A program made the position numbers and the translations under genes. Below, piece by piece: positions 7,064-15,800 of a stretch of 37,412 bases of DNA (its first letter is position 1; each line of letters starts with the position of its first letter). This DNA is from a virus. Lineage: Duplodnaviria > Caudoviricetes. The stretch spans positions 1 through 37,412 of the IMG/VR virus record IMGVR_UViG_3300030397_000219, one strand, 5' to 3'. A model generated the notes under the pieces. That model was not told the DNA's origin and made no database searches. It saw only the letters and a list, made by a program, of their open reading frames with translations.

Positions 7064-9534
7064 TGGACCTCAACATCAACCTTAACTCAGTTAAAGAACC
7101 TAAGATTGTCCCTAACCAGCTCCCACTCAAACTTAACGAACCGTGTAAAATCGCCATAATCGGTGAAGCGCCTGGTGAGGCGGAGGAAGAGATGGGACAG
7201 CCATTCGTCGGCCCGTCTGGTCAACTCCTTGACCGAATGCTAACTCAAGCCGGTATCCACCGTGCGCAATGTCTTGTAGCCAATATATGCCAGGAACGCC
7301 CTCATAACAATAACATTTCCAACTTTAACTGGAACGATCACCAGATCCAGAACGGACTTACTCAGCTTAAAGCAGACTTGGACAAATGTCGCCCCAACCT
7401 CTGCATCTTACTTGGGAGCACTGCACTCAGCGCCGCAGGCTTCACTAACGGCGAGACCATCACTGAGTGGCGCGGTAGTATTCTTAAATCCTCGGACATC
7501 CAATCGCCACTCTTTGGTTACAAGTGCATCCCGACTTATCATCCAGCAGCCGTCTTACGTCAATGGAACTGGATGCCTTTGATGTTGCACGACATCTTCC
7601 GAGCTAAAACAGAATCGACTTCCCCTGATCTCAACCTGCCCGATCGCAAGTTCGACATTAATCTTACGGCTACTCAGATCGAGTCTAAGTTAGAAGAATT
7701 CCGTGCGGCAAAGAAACCAGTGGCACTTGACATCGAAGGATATACACACAACATCACTTGTGTTTCTTTCTCCAACGACCCACTTTATGCATTCATTGTC
7801 CCGCTTACTTGGAGCAACCGCGCGGATCTTCACCGCGTCCTCAAAGCGTTGGCTCGATTCCTTGGAGACCCTGAAGTCCCTAAAGTCCTTCAGAACTCCC
7901 TATACGACAACCTCGCACTCTCTATCACCTACGGTATGGTGATACGTAACGTCGTGGACGATACAATGCTTGCGGGTTGGGAAGCCTATCCCGAACTTCC
8001 CAAAGGTCTTGGCACCTTGGCCTCCCTGTACACTCGTCAACCCGCATACAAGTTCATGCGGAAGACTGACGACCAAGAGACCCACTACCGATACTGCTGT
8101 ATCGACTCGGCGGTCACCCTTGAAATTGCCCAGACGCTCAACAAGGAACTTTCTCCTGCTGCACTCAAACACTACCGCTTCCACGTAGAGCTTCTCAAGC
8201 CGTTCCTCTATCTGGAACTCCGTGGCATGAAGTTTGACCAGGCCCGAGCGGACCAAATGAAGCAAGACATCCTTGTCGAAATGTCCGAAGTCCAGAAGCG
8301 TCTCGACACCCGCCTCGGCTACTCAATCAATTTGAACTCTCCTAAGCAAGTCTGCGATGCCCTCTACAAACGACTCAACTTCCCGGTCCAGCACCCAAAG
8401 AAGAAAGTCGGACATGGTCTTGATCGCACACGGCAAACCTCAGACGTCAACGCTCTCCTAAAACTCTGCGGACAATTCCAGGACACCTTCCTCACTGACC
8501 TACTGCTCTTCCGCAAACTGGAAAAGACTCGTCAGTTCCTCGAACTCAACATCGATGACGATGGACGCTGCCGCTGTTCCTATAACGTAGTCGGCACCGA
8601 AACCGGCCGGGTCTCATCCTCTGCGCAAACCCGCGTCAACAAAGAGTGGAAGATCGGCACCAATATGCAGACTGCTACCAAACCTCTGCGCGTCCTCCTA
8701 ACCGCCGACCCCGGCTTTGAGTTCTTCCAAGCTGACCTTGCTGGTGCGGACGGTTGGACGGTTGCCGCCCAGTGCAAGTCCCTCGGAGACCCTACCATGA
8801 TGGACGACTACCTCTTCGGCCTCAAGCCCGCTAAGATTGTTGTCCTCATGCAGCGTTATGGTCAAGAAGTAAACACATGGTCACGTGAAAAAATCAAAGC
8901 AGAATCAAAAGACATCAACGAAGAAGGTCCGGACGGCGCATCATACTTCGCAGCCAAAGTCATCCAGCACGGAACCTCGTACAAGATGGGGCCAGGAACC
9001 ATGGCTTCAAACATTACACTTCAGGCGTATAAAAAACGAGGTAAACCCCTTTACGTATCCCGCACACAGTGCGCAATCATCCAAGAACTTTTCTTCTCCC
9101 GCTACCCCGGCATCAAACGGTGGCACTCACAAGTAGCCTACACTATCAACAACACCCGAGGGTACCCCACACTTCCCTGTGCTTCCGGCCATATCCGCAC
9201 GTTCTTCGGTCGACCCAACAACGATGCCACGGTTCGTTCGGCTCTCTCTCACGAACCGCAAGCTAATACTACCTACGCAACCAACCTTGCTCTTTACAAA
9301 CTCTGGGCTGACCCAGAAAACCGTCACCCAAATGGTTCGCCAATTATCGAACCGCTTCACCAAGTCCATGATGCAGTCTGCGGTCAATGGCCTATCGAAC
9401 ACCGCGATTGGGCAATCGCCAAGATCAAGTCCTACTTCGACAACCCACTCACTATCGCTGGCCACACTATGGTTATCCCATTTGACGGACAATACGGACC
9501 GTCTTGGGGTGAGCTGAAAAACGAATTTAAATAA
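7063..9534 (+). CDS. Family-4-type uracil-DNA glycosylase fused to family A DNA polymerase with a 3'-5' exonuclease domain
   Basis: UDG motifs GEAPG, PFVGPSG and YHPAAVLR. Exonuclease motifs DIE, NSLYD and YCCID. Polymerase motifs TETGRVSS, NMQ, ADLAGAD, KVIQHGTSY and QVHD. Confidence 0.93.
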   Translation: MDLNINLNSVKEPKIVPNQLPLKLNEPCKIAIIGEAPGEAEEEMGQPFVGPSGQLLDRMLTQAGIHRAQCLVANICQERPHNNNISNFNWNDHQIQNGLTQLKADLDKCRPNLCILLGSTALSAAGFTNGETITEWRGSILKSSDIQSPLFGYKCIPTYHPAAVLRQWNWMPLMLHDIFRAKTESTSPDLNLPDRKFDINLTATQIESKLEEFRAAKKPVALDIEGYTHNITCVSFSNDPLYAFIVPLTWSNRADLHRVLKALARFLGDPEVPKVLQNSLYDNLALSITYGMVIRNVVDDTMLAGWEAYPELPKGLGTLASLYTRQPAYKFMRKTDDQETHYRYCCIDSAVTLEIAQTLNKELSPAALKHYRFHVELLKPFLYLELRGMKFDQARADQMKQDILVEMSEVQKRLDTRLGYSINLNSPKQVCDALYKRLNFPVQHPKKKVGHGLDRTRQTSDVNALLKLCGQFQDTFLTDLLLFRKLEKTRQFLELNIDDDGRCRCSYNVVGTETGRVSSSAQTRVNKEWKIGTNMQTATKPLRVLLTADPGFEFFQADLAGADGWTVAAQCKSLGDPTMMDDYLFGLKPAKIVVLMQRYGQEVNTWSREKIKAESKDINEEGPDGASYFAAKVIQHGTSYKMGPGTMASNITLQAYKKRGKPLYVSRTQCAIIQELFFSRYPGIKRWHSQVAYTINNTRGYPTLPCASGHIRTFFGRPNNDATVRSALSHEPQANTTYATNLALYKLWADPENRHPNGSPIIEPLHQVHDAVCGQWPIEHRDWAIAKIKSYFDNPLTIAGHTMVIPFDGQYGPSWGELKNEFK

Positions 9535-9539
9535 TAAAT
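9525..9539. repeat. ATTWAATWATTWAAT motif, copy 2 (13/15)
   Basis: ATTTAAATAATAAAT flanked by CGA and CG, overlapping the polymerase stop codon. Confidence 0.7.
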
Positions 9540-9545
9540 CGGACT

Positions 9546-9839
9546 ATGGAACAGCCACACGAATACAAAATGGGAGGCGGTTGGGGCGATGCTATTCGAT
9601 GGTTCAATGAGGAAGAATTCGAACAAGAACCTACCTACGAAACACAATTCACTGTCGTCAGATGGAAGCAACGAATACCTGAGGTCGGTGACTTGGTTAA
9701 AGGTGAGTTCGAACGCTCATGGATAACGTTTCGATTTGTTGATGTCAAACCATGCGGCAACCCTAAAGACATGTTCTTTGGTAAAGTTGTGATTGTGACA
9801 CAAGAAATGAAACCCGGTCACGAATCAGGTAACGATTAG
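9546..9839 (+). CDS. Hypothetical protein (97 aa)
   Basis: ORF directly after the polymerase. Confidence 0.65.
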   Translation: MEQPHEYKMGGGWGDAIRWFNEEEFEQEPTYETQFTVVRWKQRIPEVGDLVKGEFERSWITFRFVDVKPCGNPKDMFFGKVVIVTQEMKPGHESGND

Positions 9840-9948
9840 CCTTGCGCCCTCCTACACCCTGTATCCTATTCTAGCCTGTAACCCATAGCCCCTTGCCGCG
9901 CTAGCCTCGCAGCATCCAACGTACACCCTGTAAAAGCCAAATTTCGCT

Positions 9949-10149
9949 ATGCCTCAATCCATCCCGAAGCCTGTCCTAGTCCAACTTCACGCAGGAGGAC
10001 CGAAGTTCTTAGTCCTTGTTCGTCGCAAAGATTTCAACGATGCCGAAGCGGCACTCAAAAAGGAACCCTCAACCCTCCTCTACTTCTACCGTGACGACGT
10101 CTGGCGTGAAGCACATATATTTACTCTCCAACCTATCGTAGCTCTATGA
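9949..10149 (+). CDS. Hypothetical protein (66 aa)
   Basis: ATGA overlap with the next ORF. Confidence 0.55.
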   Translation: MPQSIPKPVLVQLHAGGPKFLVLVRRKDFNDAEAALKKEPSTLLYFYRDDVWREAHIFTLQPIVAL

Positions 10150-10445
10150 ACCCAGCCAATCTTCAAACCTACTTAGACATATCCAGCAACATCCGTCGTG
10201 ATCCCATTCTCAGTCCTGATACTTTTTCGTTACTCTGCTCTCTTTATACTCTGGCTAAGCACACCGGCAACACGGCGACGCTTCAGAAGAATGCGAACAT
10301 GAAACACTTCCGCGTCATTGCCTCCCTCAAACACCTTTCTGCAGCAGGCTACGTCCTTCTTCTCGGCCGTGACACCCAGCGCCATTACATATGGAAACTT
10401 ACACCAGAAGGCGAGGCTGCACTTGTAAGACTTGGCACTATCTAA
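10146..10445 (+). CDS. Putative winged-helix DNA-binding protein
   Basis: LKHLSAAGYV...WKLTPEGEAAL resembles the MarR/PadR-type recognition helix and wing. Confidence 0.55.
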   Translation: MNPANLQTYLDISSNIRRDPILSPDTFSLLCSLYTLAKHTGNTATLQKNANMKHFRVIASLKHLSAAGYVLLLGRDTQRHYIWKLTPEGEAALVRLGTI

Positions 10446-10479
10446 CCGTAAGTGAAACGCCCAGACCCGCCAACTCTCC

Positions 10480-11355
10480 ATGAAACCCATGCTCGCAAAA
10501 AAGTTTGACCCATCCAAGGTCAAATACCCCTGCTACCTCCAACGCAAACTAGACGGCGTCCGCGCCCTCCACTACCCATCCGCTCCCACCCTCCAATCCC
10601 GTCCCAAACCACCCGACTTCCCACTCATTTTCTGGAACCGTGATGTCCTCCCCCACATCCACGACGAGCTGGACCGATTCACCAAACTCTTCCCGACTCT
10701 CGCCACCGATGGTGAACTCTACAATCACTCCTACTCCCTCCAGCAAATAAACTCCCGCGTTGCAGTCAAACGCACCACTCCCCACGCTGACCACCTTAAC
10801 GTCTCCTACGTCATTTACGACGTCTTCGACACCACACTCCCCTCACTCTCCCAAGAGGACCGCGGACTAATCCTCAACGAACTCCTCACGGTTCTTACCA
10901 ATGAACGCTTCTGGTACGTCAAAGTCATGCCCCTAGTCTACTGCCCAGACTCAACCTTCTTCGATCAGTACCACTCCGACAACCTCTCCAACGGCTATGA
11001 AGGCACAATGTACCGTGCCTTCTCCGACCCCTACGCATCCCACCTTAACTGTGGCAACAAAGAAAACAGAGTATGGTCACTACAAAAACGCAAACCCTCA
11101 CTAGATATCGAATGTACCGTCGTAGGTTTAAACGAAGGAACTGGCCGTCTCGCCAACTCACTCGGTTCCTTTCAACTCCAGGACTCGAGTGGCGCTGTTT
11201 TCCATGCGGGCTCAGGTTTAACCGATGCCGACCGGGCATCTTTCTGGTCATTAGGCCAACAATGTATTGGGGCCAAAGTCCGCGTCACCTTTCGCCAACT
11301 CTCCGACTCCAACTTACCACTCGAACCACGCATCGCATCCGTTGAGTTGGATTAA
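10480..11355 (+). CDS. ATP-dependent DNA ligase
   Basis: Motif I KLDGVR, DGELY, YDVF, EGTMYR and KRK. OB-fold GSGLTDADR. Confidence 0.93.
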   Translation: MKPMLAKKFDPSKVKYPCYLQRKLDGVRALHYPSAPTLQSRPKPPDFPLIFWNRDVLPHIHDELDRFTKLFPTLATDGELYNHSYSLQQINSRVAVKRTTPHADHLNVSYVIYDVFDTTLPSLSQEDRGLILNELLTVLTNERFWYVKVMPLVYCPDSTFFDQYHSDNLSNGYEGTMYRAFSDPYASHLNCGNKENRVWSLQKRKPSLDIECTVVGLNEGTGRLANSLGSFQLQDSSGAVFHAGSGLTDADRASFWSLGQQCIGAKVRVTFRQLSDSNLPLEPRIASVELD

Positions 11356-11365
11356 ATAATTAAAT
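11351..11365. repeat. ATTWAATWATTWAAT motif, copy 3
   Basis: ATTAAATAATTAAAT overlapping the ligase stop codon. Confidence 0.9.
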
Positions 11366-11372
11366 CAGTCTT

Positions 11373-11588
11373 ATGTCAAAACCAATACCGAGAGAGAAAC
11401 GCGCAGAACTCATCAAAGATATGGAGTTCAACAAAAAGTATGCGTGGATTAAAGTAGCACTAATGGAAGGGAAGTACGTACTAGATCATACTGTAGGTGA
11501 GAATGGTGCAGCCGTATTTGTGTATAGGTTGTTAGTGAATCGTCACAAGAGTCATTTCTTTAAAACCAACATCGCATTGCACCAGTGA
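11373..11588 (+). CDS. Hypothetical protein (71 aa)
   Basis: GTGA overlap with the helicase-like gene. Confidence 0.55.
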   Translation: MSKPIPREKRAELIKDMEFNKKYAWIKVALMEGKYVLDHTVGENGAAVFVYRLLVNRHKSHFFKTNIALHQ

Positions 11589-12880
11589 ACTTTATTGAAG
11601 CATACGGAGTGTATTCGTCGGGGAATGAGGCACCGCCGATTTATCATAAGTGGGCAGGGATTAGCACCTTAAGCAGTTTGCTGTCGCGACGTGTATGGGT
11701 CTCGCAAGGGTTCTTCACGGTTTATCCGAATTTGTATATTTTGTTCGTAGGTAATCCAGGGAACGGGAAGTCGACTGCCATGAAGATTAGCCGAGATTTG
11801 GTGAGGCAATTTCCGAAGACTGCGCCGATTGCACCGGCGAGTATTACGAGGGAGGCGTTGACCAAGGATATGGGTGACGAAGACGGAGAACACCGACTGA
11901 AATATACGCTAGGCAAGAAGGTGGTCAGTTATACACACATGAGTGTGTTTGCTAATGAGTTGGTGACTTTGCTTGGCGTCAACCCGATCGGGATGGTAGA
12001 GTTCTTGACGGACATTTGGGACGAAGAAGATGACTTCAAGGTGAAGACCAAGAACAAAGGGACAGACTTTATTCCGAAGCCGTGCGTGACGCTGCTTGGC
12101 TGTATGACTCCAGAGACGACGAACAATCTCTTGAAGGAGTCAATTATTTCCGGCGGTTTCGCCAGGAGGTGTATTTTCGTTTACGCGAACAGGCGTGGGA
12201 ATCCTGTGCCACGGCCAGAGACAACAGTAGAACAGAAAGAAGCGTTGGCATGTTGTTTGAAAAGGGGCGCGGAGTTGGCTCAGATTGTTGGGGAGTTCCA
12301 GTGGACTGACGACGCCATAGTAAGATTCGATAGTTGGTACTGTGAGAACCATGAAATCGTACAGGACAACACGGACCTGCTGATGAATGGGTATTTTACC
12401 AGTAAGAATACGTTGGTGCTCAAAGTCGCCATGATGCTGGCATTAAGTGAAAGCTCCAATCTAATACTTAACGCCGAACACATCGACGCTGCGCTAGAAC
12501 TTCTGGGTGCCACAGAAAAGGACCTGAACAAAGTGTTCGAAGGGACTGGACGGAACCCCGAAGCAACTATTGCTGCGAAAATTTTGGCAATGGTGGAGTC
12601 ACAATCCCATGCCATCAACGAGAAGTTGGTATTCTCTCGGATGTATAATCACGGGAATGACAACGAGATTACGGCTGCGTTGCATCACCTGCAACGATCC
12701 GGTTCCCTTGTAATCGACACCAACATTCAAAGCAACATTCAAGTCAAAACGGTAGGAACCCCTGAACAAATTGCTGCTTTCCGGGCTCGCGGCTCCCAAA
12801 ACGAGAGTTCAAAGCGCGTGCCGTTTGATAAGGTAGACCTGAATTCTGTTGAAGGGACTCAACCAGAAGAGCCTGTTTGA
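11585..12880 (+). CDS. DUF3987/YfjI-like P-loop NTPase, putative replicative helicase
   Basis: PNLYILFVGNPGNGKST, ITREAL, variant Walker B FANEL, LLGCMTP, GGFARR arginine finger and C-terminal winged-helix-like region. Confidence 0.75.
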   Translation: MNFIEAYGVYSSGNEAPPIYHKWAGISTLSSLLSRRVWVSQGFFTVYPNLYILFVGNPGNGKSTAMKISRDLVRQFPKTAPIAPASITREALTKDMGDEDGEHRLKYTLGKKVVSYTHMSVFANELVTLLGVNPIGMVEFLTDIWDEEDDFKVKTKNKGTDFIPKPCVTLLGCMTPETTNNLLKESIISGGFARRCIFVYANRRGNPVPRPETTVEQKEALACCLKRGAELAQIVGEFQWTDDAIVRFDSWYCENHEIVQDNTDLLMNGYFTSKNTLVLKVAMMLALSESSNLILNAEHIDAALELLGATEKDLNKVFEGTGRNPEATIAAKILAMVESQSHAINEKLVFSRMYNHGNDNEITAALHHLQRSGSLVIDTNIQSNIQVKTVGTPEQIAAFRARGSQNESSKRVPFDKVDLNSVEGTQPEEPV

Positions 12881-15800
12881 GTTGACCCGCGAGGTCGCGC
12901 GGCGGCACGCCCATGGAGAGCATTAGTTGCATCATTTCCATGACTCGTTCTGGTTCTGTCTGGCTACTGAATCCACTAAAGTCAAAGGTCTGTGCAATAG
13001 CTCGGTCATTGAGGCCGCCTTGGACGGAACCGATGCGGCGAGGGTCTAGTCCATGCTGCTGTTGGTGCAACTTCTGCGCCACCTTGGAGGTGCCAACGCG
13101 CTGATCAAAGCCAACCGTCTCGTTGGCATGTTTCATCAGGTAACGTCTGGCTGCGCCCGGACCTTGCTTGGTGTGTAACTCTGCGGCTTCCTTGTAGATA
13201 CGCTCATTGCGTTCCTGTTGGATACGAGTTGCAGTTCGATGCAACCTTTGACGTTCCTTCAGCATGGTAAGTCGACGAGGCGGAAACCCTGCTGCAACGG
13301 CAATTTGCTCACTGGTGTTTGGTTTAATTAGGACGTTACCTTCTTTGTCCGTAACGTTTCCTTCGTTTAGATATAGCGAGTACAGCCTCTTCAGTCCGTT
13401 CGGCAGCGCGGATTCGGTGGCCTTGGTCCAGTCACCTTTAAAGGCACTGACTGTCGCATCAACTAAATCTTTGCCGTGGTTGAATGCCGGTCCCATTAAA
13501 GCCTGCGGACTCCAGCCATCATAGGAGTTAGCTCCAAGCAGTCCGCCGGGTGCAATGTAGCTACTAAAGTCCATAGGAACACCGGCTGCATAAGCACTAC
13601 CATGCATTGCAAAGTCTGCATAGATCGGACCGCTGTCTTCGTCCCCAAGCGACGCGAAGAACTCCCGAGTGTTCTTTTCTAACTCCAACTCGGAGTTGTC
13701 CTCAATCAAACGCATCAATGCGCCAGCAAACGGAACGGCCCCGATTACTCCAACCGCAGCAGTCATTGTCGAGAAAGCTTGAATCGCTGCACGTCGTGCA
13801 GCCTTCTTCTCAGTTGGTGTAAATCCTTCAAGGTCTTTACTGAGCCCAACTTTGATGTAGTTCCAAAGATTAGTCAGATGAGAACTGTTGTAGCCGTTCA
13901 ATGAGTAAGTGGCTTGGCTAACACTCCGCCAACCACCTTCAGTCGAAAACCATCCAACTGGTCGATTTGCTCGTCCAAAGCCGCCACTTGCACTCTTACC
14001 AATTAGCACCGCGCGTTCGATAATAGCGTCAAACTCGGCCTTGGTCAGGTCCGACTTCCCGCCATAGTCTTGTTTCCGTATCAACTCGAAGGCGCTCATC
14101 ACAGAAACCTTTTCGTTGAACCCTGCACTCAAGCCATACAGCTTTGTTGCCAGATGCGTATAGGCTCCTATTGGTTTAGTCCACCAACGCTTCTTCAACG
14201 GTAGCGGGTTGTTACTAAAGTCCATATTGGACAAATCCATTTGAACCATGTTAGCATTATCTGCTAACTCCTGATACTGACCTAACCCTACCATGCCACG
14301 CTTGTCCATGTAATCAACAAGTAACTCGCCCATATCTTTACCATCAACACTGACACCAGTGTCATACCTTCCAGTTACGTTCTTATTAGCAATCCACTCA
14401 GCAGCCCTTGACGGCAACTCGTAAGACTGCGCCAACGTAGCGCCTTTACTTGACAGCATAGGGCTGAGGTTAAACGGAAATTGTGTCAACTCCACCAACA
14501 TGTTCCGAGTATTAAAACCAAGGAACTTTAGGAAGTTAGCTGTGGTAATCAACTGTCCTGTCTTAGTATCTGGCACACGGAAATTCCTTAGCCCTTGTTG
14601 CGACTCCTCAAACAACCTCAAATGCTCTGCGTTGTTTGCAATCTCTGGGTTATGTCGTTCCATTTCCATGACAGCGTCAGTCACTGCTCTCGGCAACCTA
14701 CGGCTCAGTTTCTGTAACCATGTCAGGTGCTGCTGCACCATATTCATGTACTCACGGCCTGCTGCAAACTTTCGCTTTGCACTCACATCTGCCAAGCCAA
14801 GTTCGTTGACCTCTGCACTAACGCTACTCTTAACCGCTTCAAGGTTGCCAACCAAACCATCATAAGCCTCTTGATCAATTTTACCATCAGCTAGCAACTT
14901 CTGGTACTTCGGCAACGCAGTTCGGTCAAACGCCGTATCCAACATGTCAACATACCGTTCATAGCTGCTTCGTCTTCCAGTCTGACGTGACCGCATATCT
15001 CTGACACCATTGTCTTCATAGAACAGCTTCATGCCACTGTCTCTGGCTTCCTTTGCAAACGCAATAGCGTCCTCTAAGTTATCACTTGAATACCTACCGT
15101 TCTCTTTGCCATCACTAAAGCTAACATGGTACCTACCCCAGCGCCGCTCGTTGACATAGTGTGGATTTGCGTCCCAGTATTGCTGCATTTGTGCCAACGT
15201 ATCAAAACTCGAACCCAAGAACGTCTCGGCCACTTCCATATCTAGCCCGTGGGTTCTGGCAAACTGAACGAACTGTCCAATGTCTCCGGCCACGCGAGCT
15301 TGCCTATACATCTCCACAGCCTGTTTTGACAATTCACGTAACTCGTCCTGCGTTCCTTTATAACCCGCACGACGTAACAACGTCCCGTAATTCTCTACAG
15401 TCTTTTCAACAAATGTAACTTCTTGCGCTCGATTCATGTACTGCGTTGCCTCTTGCAGTCTTGCGATAGCTTCAGGTACATCTGCGCGAACTTCCTTTGG
15501 GAACTTAGCCAACTCAGTTTGATACCTCCCTGAATCTGTCTCAGGCAAGCTCAAAAAGTTGACGCCCTCTTCATTCATACGAAGCAACAAGTCATTCAAC
15601 TGCTGTTCCCCTTCCTGATTCTTTGCAATGCGTCCAATAGGCCCACCATCACGGGGCACTCTTAACTGACCACTTGACGTATCCCCGAACAGAATCGCGT
15701 TCAACTCTCGCTGATACAAATGCTCTGTAGCCTGTTCCTTGTATGGTTGATACTGAACCTTCTTCAAGGACGGATAGGCATTCAGTTTATTGATCTGCGG

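Noticed and set aside
4958-9534. 2-aminoadenine (Z) genome pathway suggested by MazG plus a divergent PolA
   Set aside because: No PurZ-like or HD-domain dATPase gene is visible in the window.
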